Shown here: positions 47,720-60,549 of the stretch, one piece after another | Layout: each line of letters starts with the position of its first letter | Numbering within the stretch: the first letter of the stretch is position 1 | Assembly: GCA_008632985.1 (NCBI GenBank) | Contig: QPGO01000014.1 | Coordinates: forward strand, 496,001 to 560,000 | Length of the DNA stretch: 64,000 bases | Origin: Psammoneis japonica | Lineage: Eukaryota | Reading direction: 5' to 3' | Translations under genes and position numbers: made by a program | Notes under the pieces: model-generated | Seen by the model: the letters and a program-made list of their open reading frames with translations, nothing else | Databases searched by the model: none | Told to the model about the DNA's origin: nothing

Positions 47720-49442
47720 CTAACGTTTACAAAGCGATGCGGCAGCATCGAGCATTTGGACCTCATCATCTGTAAGGCTCCAGCCCAAACATCCAAGCAA
47801 CTCTTCCGCATCTGCCGGTTTGTTCACTTCCACAAGTGGCACAGCTCCCTTTGCAATTACGTAGTTGAGAGCCACTTGAGTTGTGGTAATGTCCGTATTG
47901 ACCTTTGGCTGCAGTACGAGGTAACAAAACATGAGTGAGGTCTACGTACACCTGTCTAGCAAAAAGGCGCAAAATATTTACTCACCGGTGGTCCATAGCG
48001 GCTCCTGTACCGATCATTCATGTCCCTGACTTCTCTCTTGACCCGGTTTTTGGCTCTTTCTGCCACTGTCTCTTGAACGCTGTGAAGCTCTTGAAGCTTT
48101 TCCAACAGGTCAAACGAGTACTTTTGCTTGCCTCCGGCATCACCTCCACTGGGGTTTGAAGCAGTGTATCTGCCAGATGCCAAGCCGCCGTCCAATGGAT
48201 TGGATACAAGAGGAATCACACCCAAATCTTTGCAAGCATCAATGAGTCCAGACTTCCACGCTCCCCGGTTGGTTAGACTAAACTCAAACTGCTCAAGTCA
48301 AGCAAGTGTGAGCGAAAGTGCGATACTGAAGAAATCCCGGCCAAATTTGTCATTGTCTTACCTGATTTGAGTTGAGTTGAATTCCATTTCGGTCCAGTTT
48401 GCGCGCAAAGCTCTTCATGGCACTCTGTCCACAATTGACAACACCGACATAGTTGCAGTAACCACGGTCAATCGCTGTTGCCAAACCATCGGCAAGCGAG
48501 CGTTTTCCTCCCGGGTACAAGAGCGAGTTCTCCACCTGATACAGTTCCACCGAGGACGCATCCATACGAGAGCAACTAGCCTCGAGTGCCTTCATGACAG
48601 AACGACTACCAAATCGAACCCCATTCGACAAGACTCGAGTCCATGGAGCCGAGAATGTATCGGCTACAATAGGAGTAAAGTCATCGTTTTCTTCCATGCA
48701 ACGAGCCAAAATGTGTTCGGCGGATAGTTTGGAAGAACGAGAAGCTGCTCCGTGGGATTCCGATGTTTGTACAAGAGAAACTCCTGCTTCCAATAAGTTG
48801 TTGTATGCCACCTTTTCGTGTCGTTATTAGGGAGGACAAATACAAACTATGAATTGGAATCGTCCTCAAGATGCATCCAACAACAGGGCTACAAATAATT
48901 TCACTCACCTGCAAGTCCCCAGGCACATATTTCCCTTCACGAATCATTTTCTTGGTCAGTTTTCCTTTTGGCACAAACCCACGCTTTTCATCTCCCCATC
49001 CAGCCGTCGTGAATCCGATTCGATTTGGAATGTGCAAATCATTCTCATCGTCGTACTCGGACAAGAAATCAACGGCGTTTTCTTGTTTCTGTCTCTTTTC
49101 TTTTTCGTCCTCCTTTTTTTCTTTGCTCGACTTGCGGGGTTGAATCGTTGGTCGCTTGGTTTTCAATTCCGGCATTTTTTCCAAATCCTCCCACGTGTCA
49201 ACTTCCTTCATGTAGTCTTCTTCTGTTTTTGGTTTCGGTTTGTCTTTTTTTTGTTCCTGGATCTGTTTGCGCTTGTTCATTAATTTTGACAAGGCATCGT
49301 CATCAAACGGATCAGGAGAAGAAAAGACTGCACTCTTTGAAGCAAATTCTACTCTGGACCGACATGACGGGCCATTTGTGTTTACAAAAGCAGTCACGAC
49401 GACGGCTGTGGCGCTCCACAATAACTTTGAAACTACCCTCAT
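47720..49442 (-). CDS. Aldo-keto reductase family protein (pyridoxal-reductase-like), probably plastid-targeted. Exons 49442-48909, 48811-48362, 48288-47986, 47908-47720.
   Basis: GT-AG introns keep the frame. NQFEFSL, GVIPL...PL.GG...GRY, QVALNYVIAKGAVP and GCLGWSLT motifs. Signal ending VTA-F. Confidence 0.85.
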
Positions 49443-49927
49443 TTTTTCACCTCTTCGATTTTGTTTAAGAACGCTTTCGGCGACTATTTCGATGATTAGG
49501 CAACTTCCAAGATGACAAAGTAGTCTTATCAATGTCGAATGTCGACCACAACAAATGCAACACAACAGTGTTGACACGAATCTTTCTCAGAAAAAGAGAA
49601 GCGGAGTGCAACTTCAACGCGCAAAAACGTACGTGCGAACCCGAGAGTACTTTGTCTGTACGTCTGCCGAAATTTGGTTATGAGGTTAGTCCTATGACGT
49701 ACGCTGACGTATGAGTCGAATGAATCATCGATTGTTGACCTTTCCCGCGCAAACGACTGGCCGCCGACCGCAGGAACCCTCGCCCACAGAATTTTTGAAC
49801 GAAAAAAACAACGAACTGGAACGCAACATGACGACAACATTTCAAGAGATAAGTCTGCATATTAGCAACTCTTGGACAACAAAACTCTAGGTTTGACAGT
49901 GCATCGATAACTTCATTCGTGATTTTA

Positions 49928-51598
49928 ATGAAAAGGATGGGTTTCTTCAGACTGAAACGAAGGAGAGAGAATCGATTTCCTTTACTACTCGTCTTGCTTG
50001 CCATCATCATCGTGTTCTTGCCGGCGGCAGACTGCTTCTCCCCTTGTCAACACACAAAATTCAATTCTCGATGGGTTAAGAGAAAAGGAACGAAATTTTA
50101 TGTGTCCACCGAAGAAAGTAGCTCTGCTGAAGAAACTATTGGTAAAGAAGAGACATCGGATGGTCAAGAACCTGTCATTTCCACGTTTTCGTCCTTGAGA
50201 TGCATCAAGGATGTTGCACCGCGCACAGGAGCCTTAAATCAAGCGGTTGCCACCATTGCCAATGTCACACTAACAAGAGCCAACGAGTTGATTGCCATTG
50301 GAGCCGTTTGGGCTCGCATGGAAACCTTGACGGAAGAGGATGTTTTGCGTCAATACGAAAAGTCAGGAATTGGTGCATCGGCAACGTCCGTCATGTACGC
50401 TGACCTGCCAAAGAATTGGGGAATTGAAGAGGACTATAATAACAACAACAACGACGACGATTTAGACGCCTATGTTGAGCAGATGGAATCACAGCGATTC
50501 CGTCGTATTCTTACGCCCAGTATTGTGGAGGCCGGCACCGACATTCGAGTGTATCCCTGTCCAAGAAGATTTCCTGCGTGTTATGATATTGGTCGTGACA
50601 GATTACTGTACGAAGACACGACCTTTATCGTTGTAGATAAGCCTCCCATGTTGCCAACCCAGGTATGAAGTGTGAACAAAAGAATCATCTGCTTGTTGTT
50701 TTTGTGTGTTTGACAAGGACTTAAACATTCGCTCTTCTCTGTGATCTCTCGTAGCCCGACACTTCCAATTACTTTGAATGCTGTCCGGGTTGTGTGAATG
50801 AAATGCTTGGTCCCTTTACAGATATTGATGGTAACAAGGTGTACCGTCCCCTCTTGTGCCACCGTGTCGACTCGGTGGTGGGTGGGTGTGTCGTGATGAG
50901 CAAGGACGCCAATGGCCAACGTGTCTTTAACAATCTTCAACGCGATCGCAAACTCAAAAAGCTCTACTTGGCCGTCACGACCAATCCCGTTCCGGTGGGG
51001 TTGCACATTTGTTGGTTCTGGAAACCTTCCAATCAACGGGGAAAAGTCGGAGGTCCTCCTTGTCAGCTTGTTCGTTTCACTCCGCCGGAAAGCAGACGAA
51101 AGTCTCGAGTAAGTACACGTCAGAGATTGTTTGTCTTGGGGAGCGCTCATCTCAAGCGCAATGCACACTCATGGTTTCTCTTTCTCATTTTTCATTCCAC
51201 TTTGTTAGCAATTTTGGATTCGGTGCGTCTTGGAAGTCAACAAGTGTGAACCAATTACGATTGAAAAGGGCCAGCATGGTTATGACCCGGGCGACAAGCC
51301 GCATTATCAATCCACCATTCGTCTAGTCACGGGGCGCAAGCACCAAGTGCGTGCGCAGTTGGCGAGTTTGGGTCGTCCCATTATTCGTGATACCTTGTAC
51401 GAGCCCATTGCGGGATACACACTGGATACTCTCAATGACAATGAGGAAGCCGAAGCAGCCGTGGATGAGGCATTGGCGAAATGCACCGTCCCGACCCAGC
51501 CGATTGGACTACAAGCCCATGCCATTCTCTTTGGTGGTATTCGAGCTAAAGCGAATACGCCGTGGTGGGGAGATAATGTTGTTCAGAGTAGTGATTAA
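49928..51598 (+). CDS. RluA-family RNA pseudouridine synthase, probably organellar. Exons 49928-50662, 50755-51108, 51209-51598.
   Basis: [16 protein letters not shown] (catalytic Asp), [25 protein letters not shown] and LQA motifs; ADC-F presequence; phase-0 GT-AG introns. Confidence 0.92.
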
Positions 51599-51766
51599 AT
51601 TGTTGTTTTCTTACAATCCAACGTGGTGGAGAGGTCATTGTTGCACAGCACTTAGTGATTAGAGTTGGTTTCTACTACGGTATTGAATGAGATTGCTTTG
51701 TTTCTTTTCCTTTTTCTTGTTATTTTTGTACCTAAACTATATATCTACAACCACTACTACTCAATT

Positions 51767-54454
51767 CTAAGCAGTTCCGAATTCCTTACGCTCCAAAGCG
51801 GCAAGGCGCTCTTCCGTTCCGTGCAAGGCCGGGCGTCCATCACGGGCTTCCTTCTCCGTCAAATTCTCAAAGACATTCACTTGAATCAAGACATCCCGCA
51901 ACGCATCCGCCTTGGCAATCAAATCCGCTTCCTCCGTCGTGGGTTGCCTCTTTTCGCGACGCAACGTCGAAGCCACCTTGTCCGCCTCGACACACACGGG
52001 AAGAGCACGAATCAAGTCGGAAACCTGATGCATGGTGCCTTCCGGAGCAATGTAGACATTTTCTTCAAACATGCCACGCAATTCCGACGGAGTCGTCAAG
52101 AGGCGCGACACCTCCTTGGTTAAGACGTCACTGGGATCGGAATAGGGACGAGTCATGTTGCCCAGTGGAAAGCATCCGAGATTCATCACAAAGCTAGCCA
52201 CTCCACCGAGGGGACCAGGAAAGTTGCGAGACGCCTCCAAGAGTGCTTCTTGCGCTTCGGTTTCCAAACGCTGCATGGCATGTTCCGTGACTGCCTCGAG
52301 TCCGTCAATGCCACGACGACGAGAATAGTGATGGAGCGTGGCATATCCCAAGAAAATGGAACCCAGCGCATCGGCAAGACGTCCCATGAGCAGCTCTTCA
52401 AACTTCAAGCGTCCACCGAGGGTAAAGCACAAGTCCGCCGTGAGAGCAAAATTGGCCGCAAGGCGCAACAATTGCTTCTCGTGGTATTCCAACAACTTGT
52501 CACCATTCTTGTACGCTGTCTTGCCCCGCGTCTTGGTGGCCACCGTGGCACCAATGCCACGCGAAACGGATTGGAAAAAGTTGCTCATGCCATGACGCAC
52601 CACCTTGTGGAACTGCGAGGTAAAAATACCCACAGCCTCCTTTTCCTTTTCCGGCGGCATTTGAAGCGATTGAATCAATTCAAGCATGTGTGGATGGCAT
52701 CTCGTCAGGCCCTGTCCAATAATTTGAAACGACCGCGTCATGATATTGGCACCCTCCACAGTAATGGCAATGGGCAAGGACATGTAGGCATTGCCGACGT
52801 AGTTGTTGTCACCACGGCAAATGGCCGAACCGGCAGCAACGTCCATACCACGCTCGACAATGCGGCGGCCGCGTTCTGTGCAATTCTGCTTCATCACGGA
52901 GGAAATCACCATGGGTGCTTCGTGATTGTCAACAATGGCATTCATGAGATCCGTACCGGCAATGGTAATGACACCATCACTGCCAGCATTGGCCATGGCT
53001 GCAGTATAAAGAGTGGTAGGAATGGGGGATTGTGTCAGTGATTGTCTTTCCAAATTCAAAAAAACATTGCGCAATTTCATATTCAATACAGTATTAGTCT
53101 CACCTTCTTGAATTCCACCAAACTCGGCAATGGGCACACGAAACTGTTTGCGGATACGCGAATAGGCCCCCACGGCACTTGCGACTCCTCGTGCCGCACC
53201 GACGGACCCCGCCGGCAAACTCACACCACGTCCTTCGGCCAAACACTCGACAAACATGTGCCATCCAAAGCCACACCGTTCTTGCCCACCCAAAATGGAC
53301 GACATGGGGATCCAAACGTCTTCGCCTTCGACGGTTCCATTCATAAAGGCAGCATTGAGCGGGTAGTGACGAGGACCCATGCGGAGGCCTTCGTGGTTGC
53401 GTCTGGAGAAAAAAGCAATGGATGATGAAAAAAGTGAGATATTAAAAAATTGCAAAAATCACAATTCCCATTCCATTACACTCACTCCAACAATGCCACA
53501 GTAAACCCTTCATCACCCTTGCCCTTGAGCAAATTATTGGGATCCGACAGATTCAATCCAATCCCAACCACTCCCGCCACGGGCGCCAGGGTAATGTATC
53601 GTTTCTTAAAGGTCGCTCTCACTCCCAGTTCTCCATTACGCTCTTCCACAACACAATCACTCCCAATCAAGACGTGGCATCACTCCCGAGTGTGGTCCCG
53701 TCAAACCAAAGCACGGGATGAGCGTCCCGTCCGCCAAGCGTGGCAAAAAGTACTCCTTTTGATCTGCGTACCGTATCGCATCAACAATTCGCCCGGTCCC
53801 AACGAATTGGGAACCGCCACGGTCGCATTGGCATCAAAGCAATGCGTCGCAAGCTTGGCCAAAATCATAGACACGGCTTGGGTGGAAAAGCCCAAACCGC
53901 CCCATTCTTTGGAAATTTTGAGTCCAAAGAAGCGTTCGTCACGCATGTAATCCCACGCCTCCTTGGTAAAGTCCTTATCGACCGACACTTGATGATCGTT
54001 CAATAAACTACAAAGCGTATTGACTTGATTGTCCAAAAAATCCTGTTCTTCTTGGGTAATGGCAGGCTTGTACGTGTCCAACAACTTTTTCAGAGAAGGG
54101 CTTCCTCCGAAAATGTCTCTGTCAAAGCCTGAGAAATAAAAATAAAAACGTGTTGTCAGTACACTAGCATGCAATCACAACTACACAAAACATACGTTTT
54201 GACAATATATTTTTATACACACCAATCGTTCCACATCCGAGCGCAACTTGTTCGGTTTGAGAAATGGCCGGCATGACACTCTTGGCCCAACGATAGACTC
54301 GTTTGTCAACGCCATGGACCAAACCCAAGAGGGTTCGTGTCTGTTGGACTTGATGATGATTGGAGAGAGCAGTAGTAGCAGTCCATGGTGCAGCAGTGGA
54401 GACTGTCGCTAGTGAGCGAGGAGCACTCCGAGTGGCGCTCTTGGAAAGCATCAT
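51767..54454 (-). CDS. Acyl-CoA dehydrogenase (FadE-like), probably mitochondrial. Exons 54454-54223, 54128-53486 (one -1 frameshift ~53765), 53402-53104, 52998-51767.
   Basis: VPNSLGPGELL..YGT, CFGLTGP.SGSDA, KRYITLAPVA, CLAEGRGVSLP, RKQF..PI..F.GIQE and PIAITVEGANI.TRS; Arg/Ser/Thr-rich N-terminus. Confidence 0.93.
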
Positions 54455-54799
54455 GGTTGTCAACAACAAAATGCGTTGAAACGAAAAAAGATTGTGATGA
54501 TGTGATGCTTCTCTTCTTTTGCCTCCGATCGATCATGGATCCCTCCAAATCGTGATTGCCGTAGAATTCTACGTGATTGTAGTACTGGTTTGGTAGCGTG
54601 TCATGTCGGATCGATCTGATGCATTTTCTTGATTGTACGGTAAGATCGTACTGAAAATCTACGTAGCATGACACTTCTGGCAGCTGGGCCGTGACGCGCC
54701 GCGGTGTTGAGTCGAATGACTCAATCACACGATTGGGAATGACGCGGCGCGGCGGGATTGAGGAAGACATCGCCAAAAAATTAAAGAAGCGCAACAAGA

Positions 54800-56800
54800 G
54801 GTGCAAGCAACAGAGCTGATCTAACTGTTGATCATGCTTTGAACATGCTGAGGGTGACAGGAGATTATGTGTGTCATGCAGGGAAAACAACAGTGTTGCA
54901 AGAAGTGCGCACACAACTCCAAGGAGACCACAGCCAGCTTCTCCCTTTGTCACAATGATCATTGTGTGGCGCTGCTCGATGGCAGCAGCAGGCACCTCTC
55001 AAAGAATGACTTGGCACCTTGTCTCTGTGCAGTTCTTCTTTGTCCAATCCTTCCAAGATGCTCCACAGTCCATCATCTGGTGTGAGTGACACCAAAGCAT
55101 GACCCCTCCCAACAAGCAGTGCCTTGACACAGCACCCCTGTGTTCTTTGGCGCGGCACTGCTCTCTGGATCCAAGCAACTCTTGAGGTCAGAGAGCCCAA
55201 GTTGACTCATGTGTCTGTGTCTTCTCAAGCTCTCCAGTTCTTCCCATGCAACTCTCTGAGAGTGTGCGATGCTCTGGCTGGCTCTTCTGTCAGCAACTGC
55301 TTTGGTGGTGACAGCTGCAAAAAAGCAGGCATGGAGAGAGCTGGGGAGAGTGCTTGCATTGTGTGCCTGTGTCTCCTGCCACAACAGGCATGTGTGCACT
55401 TGTTCAGCTGTGAAAAAAAGGCAGAAATTGTGGAAAGAGCTTGCTGTTGTCCTCCAAGAGCTTTTCAAAACAAAAAAAAATGGCACAAACAAAACAAGGC
55501 AGTCCATTGTGGCCGCTTGCCAGCACAAAACAAAAATCCGAGCTGAGCTGGCCTCGCCAACTCCAACAAGTCAAAGCATGCAAAGCTGCAAGCTGAGCAA
55601 AAAAGTGCCCAAAAAAAAGAAAAGGAAGGTGCGATGATGCATGGCCAAGGGTGTTCCATCAGCCACAAAAAGGCCAACAAGCTCATTTGGAAGCTGACTG
55701 CAATTGGCAAAAATGAAAGCCAATGCAAAGTTTCCAAGGGGAGGGGCATGTTGAACACAACTGGCTCTTCTGTCAGCAACTGCTTTGGTGGTGGCAGCTG
55801 CAAAAAAGCAGGTGCAGAGAGAGCCAGGGTGAGTGCTTGTGTCTTGTGCATGTGTCTCCTGCCACAACAGGCAGGTGTGCACTTGCTCAGCTGCAAAAAA
55901 AGGGTGGCAAATGTGGAAAGGGCTTGCTGCTGTCCTCCAAGAGCTCTTCAAAAAACAAAAAATGTCACAAACAAAACAAGGCAGTCCATTGCAGCTGCTG
56001 GCCAGCACAAAACAATGACCTGGGCTGAGCTGGCCTCACCAACTCCAACAAGTCAAAGTGTGCAAAGCTGCAAGCTGAGTGAAGAAGTGCGCCCAAAAAG
56101 AAGAAAAGGGAGGTGCGATGCATGGCCAGGGGTGTTCTGTCAGCCACAAAAAGGCCAACAAGCTCATTTGGACTGACTGCAATGGCCAAAAATAAAAACA
56201 AAGACAAAGTTGCCAAGGGGAGGGGCGTGTTGAACACAACACACTGTGCCAAATGAAAAGTGACACATCAAAAACAGAAGGCAGAAGCTCGTCCTGCATC
56301 TGGCGCCATTTTGAAAAGCTGCAGTTGCTTGTGCCTCACAGCACACACCTTTTCTGGACAAACAGTCTGCCCCTAAAGTGCCAAGACTAAGGGCACATGG
56401 CAGGAGTGGCAGCCAAGTTGTGTGCAAAGGATGAGAGGTGTGAGCAACATGGAGATGTTCAAAACTCGCAGCTTCTTTTTTTAATTTTTTGTTGATGTCA
56501 GTCAAACGCTTCTCAGCCACTTGCTGGCAGGTGCAAGAGAGGAGTTGGGAGGCATTGCAGGCCGACAAAGAGGTCTCAGTTGCTGCAGAGATGTGGAGCA
56601 TTCCTTGCCCAGTGCACTGAACGTTTCAGTGTGAGTGTTGAGCAGATCAGACAGCCAAGGTTTGAGGGATCAGCTGCACAATCATCTGGCAACAGCAACT
56701 GGCTGTCTGGTGATGAGACACTGTCAAACAAAACATCATTTCTGAAATGACACGTTGTTTCTGTGACAAGCAGAAGTTGTCTCCTCCGGTCGTTTCGGTT
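54800..56800. repeat. Hypermutated block containing a ~483-bp tandem duplication (55278-55760, 55761-56240)
   Basis: ctggctcttctgtcagcaactgctttggtggtg at 55278 and 55761; CpG/TpA depleted. Confidence 0.85.
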
Positions 56801-57081
56801 TGAGTTGGAAACTGTTCGTTCATTGACATTTTGGATTGTGTGAGAGCCTGTGAGGTGAAGTGCGAGCGCCGCTGAATCCTGCTTTGGCAGTTTCGGTTTT
56901 GCCCGCGCGAAAGTATCTGAACAAAAACAGTCCATAGAAATTCTGTTCCCCAGTGCGCACGGGGTCTTTGCCATTAGAATTACTGTATCAGGTAGAAAAC
57001 GAAGTAGAGTCTGTCCAGCGTTCTCCAAAATATCCATGCGCACTGATTGATAGACCTTCTTCTTAGTTCACGTAATGTTCT

Positions 57082-58421
57082 TTGGACAGAACATGTTCAA
57101 AGCTTCCCGCACCCTATGATAGAGTGATTTGTCCACAAAAAGATGTCAACCGCGACGTGACAATGGTGATGTTCCCCAAAGCTCAGTTGCAACTTGTTGT
57201 TGCTTCTGCTTTTAGGTTCCTCACTTCTCAAGCATTGAGGCCCCTGCGATTGGATTCGCCGCTTAACCAAGAGTACTTTGTGTTCAGCCATAATGCAGCT
57301 ACGGGCTATCTTGCAAACAAGCAAGGAATTGAAGGTATTAGGCTTGGCTTTTTCAAGAATCAAATAGGCAACTTCACGGAGCAGCTCGGTTGTGGTGCTC
57401 GAGCTTTCGACCTTCGTCCTGCTGAAATCGACGGTGACATCTTTTTTCGGCACGGGGGCGTGCTGGTGCCTGAGATATCCTTCCAGAACGGAATCCAAGA
57501 AATTTTGGATTGGTCCGCATCGGATACATCTGAATTGATTTTGCTCAAGATCTCCAAGTGTCGGGACGGCGAAAACTGTGATGCCATTTCGACGATTCTT
57601 GCGAACTTGGGAATCGAATACATTACGGACTGCAGCGAGTTTGGAACTCTCACTGTTGGAGAGGCACTAAACAAGAGTCAGGTTCTGGCTATTGAAGGTT
57701 CTTGTTTCATTCAGAACTTTAATGACACCCTGGAATGCCATGGGTTCTTGCCCGACGATAACGATCCTGCAAATGTAGCTGCAGTACGAGATTGCGTCCC
57801 AGATCTGGAATCTGAGATTAGCCTAGAACAGTTCGCGGGCATTTTCCTGTGTCTACAGGTGGCTCTCACGCTCGATAAGGTCAACCTTTTTGATTGCTGG
57901 AGTAGTAGCAGCTCGAAAGATTTTCCTGTAACCCAGCTTTTCAACCATCTCAAGGAAGTTGTGCTGCGGGACCACCACAAGATGGTTTGCCTTGGCAGTG
58001 GCAAGCTCTTTGGCAAGGTGGGGAAGATACCGTCGTGCTTTCCACGTTTCGCCCTCTCCCGTTACCCCTTGTCCCTGACCTTACAAGTCTAGAGATTTCA
58101 AGCCTTCTCAAGAATAATGAGGAATCTCAAATCAACCGTCTGGTTTTGGAGTTGGTTACGGACTTGGTAAAGAACAATACTATTCTAAATTTGGTAGAGG
58201 TGGACTTTGTATGTGAGACGTATGGTCGCCAGCTGTTGTCGGCGGTGAGACCAGATGATGCGGCTGTGGGAACGCCCATGCCTACGTCAATGGCGTCACC
58301 GCCAACGACGACACCGCCAACGACTCCGACGCCCACTCCTTCTAGCGGAACCAAGGCGGGACCGCTCATGTTTGTATCTCTTTTTGTTATTCTTGTTTCG
58401 GAGATTGTCCAGCTTGTTTAG
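57082..58421 (+). CDS. PI-PLC X-domain-like phosphodiesterase with Pro/Thr stalk and hydrophobic C-terminus (possible GPI anchor). -1 frameshift ~57960; 5' structure uncertain.
   Basis: FSHNAATGY, NQ....EQL.CGARAFDLRP, F.HG and ELILL motifs. Confidence 0.75.
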
Positions 58422-58871
58422 ATGAGCTGCGAAATGTTGCTCGCTTGTGGTGACCTGGACATACGCGAGTGTTGGGGACAGTTCAGATTTGTGAATGGTA
58501 CAATTTAAATCGAGGGATTAAGGTATTGCTGTTTGTTTTAATACCGGTAGTAACCACGTGCTATGTGTTATACCTAATAATATAGTACCGTTCATTTTGT
58601 TGTACCGGTAGATCTCGTCCTTGAATCTTGGTCCACAAGCACTGCCATGGTTTCAACATCTTCAAAGCGCGGCAGAAAAGAATGCAATCCATGATTTCGA
58701 CACCTTCGTGTACTACAGCTCACTACTTGACACTGTCGTGAATACCACTTTAGCTCACATTGCATCCATAGTCTTGGTAATGCCAAATTGGCTAGAGGAA
58801 ACTGGAAATCATCTGTGAAAGGACATAATGTGTCACGTGTAAATCTTCTTTTTCTTTCTATTTGTCTTTAT

Positions 58872-59798
58872 TTACAATTTAGCATCACTGCTATTCTCTT
58901 TTGATTGTCGAAAGCCTTCCAACATATTGATAATGTACACAAGCCGCTCTTTTGTCGATCGATTCGAGAGCCACGTCAGTCTCGAAAAGGAATCATTGTG
59001 CGCCAAAACGAAACGAAGTGCCCAAAACGAGTACTGCTCCACATCAATGGGAGGCAAGCCCGCGTACAACAAGTTGTGACGAGTCTTTACAAAGTTCTCC
59101 AGCAAATCTAGACTATACGATCTCAAGGCCAATACCTCTGTCATGGAAGCGTCATCGCTATTTGATTCGTCATCATCGTGCACCATCACGTAATCCGTCG
59201 CACGGGTCAAAGGCGGAGCGTCCGCTACATCATTAATGGGCACTTGTTCTTGCTTCAAAACACGCACTCGCGGGCCAGCAAGGCACTGCACCAGTATATT
59301 GCCTCCGGCTGGCAATTCTGTGTGCTCCATAATCCGTACAAGAATACAAAGGTCACTCTCTACATTTTCCGATGCGGGTGACATGCGAGCTCTCAAAATG
59401 TACAGGCCGTTTCGTTCGATTGTGGCTTCCTTGGCCAACAGTTTGTATCGTGGTTCAAAAAAGTTAAAATCCAACACTTCACCCACGAGAGCAGTAGAAT
59501 TAAAGTCAAAAATGGGTAGCACGGGAGGCAATTTTTGCTGTGGATCCCATACGGTCGAGAGTTCGTTGCAGCATCGAAGGGCCTCAAAGATATCGACCTG
59601 TTCTCTTTTTTCACTGCCACCTTTGAAAGTATTTCTCAGCAACTCACAAACTTGTTTTTTGTTGGATGGCAGAGGCACATCACTTGGTAGTACAGCTGCA
59701 GCGTATTTTCCAAACACTTGCGGATACCGACCGCCACCAGAAGCTCGCAACATGGCTCGATACACGGTTCGAATTAGACGAGGATTGGATAATGACAT
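58872..59798 (-). CDS. LON peptidase N-terminal (substrate-binding) domain protein
   Basis: LPIF....L.GE....FFEPRY.LL and SFW....L......R...L...ST.ERL motifs. Confidence 0.8.
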   Translation of the reverse strand: MSLSNPRLIRTVYRAMLRASGGGRYPQVFGKYAAAVLPSDVPLPSNKKQVCELLRNTFKGGSEKREQVDIFEALRCCNELSTVWDPQQKLPPVLPIFDFNSTALVGEVLDFNFFEPRYKLLAKEATIERNGLYILRARMSPASENVESDLCILVRIMEHTELPAGGNILVQCLAGPRVRVLKQEQVPINDVADAPPLTRATDYVMVHDDDESNSDDASMTEVLALRSYSLDLLENFVKTRHNLLYAGLPPIDVEQYSFWALRFVLAHNDSFSRLTWLSNRSTKERLVYIINMLEGFRQSKENSSDAKL

Positions 59799-60549
59799 GG
59801 TCGTAAGTTGAAGATGCAAAACAAAATCAATCTATTAAGCCACAAGGTCAACCGGTGGTCCATTGTGAAGGTAAGTACGGGGATCATGAGGAAGGAAGGC
59901 GGCGGTAAAGCACCATGGTCTGTTGATGATCCTGATCTTACTCTGATGATGAGTCAGCGCGTCATGCGTTTTAGTTTCGTGTGCTAATTCAGTCTTGCAT
60001 CGGTTGATTTGATGTGCTGATTGAACGCGGAGGGGAAAATGGCAAACCCAAAACGTGGGACGTACCACATGACCTCGGCGTTTGAAGATTCATTGTAATT
60101 GTGGTTGTGCTTTGTGTTGTTTAGGCGTGTAGGATACCTGTAAGACTCGACAAGGTCGTGGATGACTTGGAGGGGATCATGAAGGATGCAAGGGAGATTG
60201 AAGACGAGAAAACAACGGTCTGCCCAGTCGTCGCAAACAACGTGGAAGTCTACAAGATTGTTGGTGATGAACATTCAGCAGTTCGATCGTGCAATGAAGC
60301 GTGCCGCAAAAAAGAAAAGGGACTCGACTGGGAAGCTCTTGCTGCTGCTGCAGTCATGGCACTGGAGGCAGAAGTTGGGCACATCACCAGCGTGGTCAAA
60401 AACTTTGCAATCTTGCAGCAGCAGCAGCTCCTTTTCTTGCCTGCTCTCAATTGACCATTGTGCAGTCTGTGTGTCATTCACCCATGAATTTTTTCTCTGT
60501 CACAGCCACCATTGGAGAGAGATTGTGTGGTGGACTGCAGCAATCCAAC

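Noticed and set aside
60158..60454. 98-aa ORF at the edge of the terminal mutated block
   Set aside because: No ATG-anchored model or recognisable domain, and it grades into hypermutated sequence; possibly an eroded gene but unsupported.
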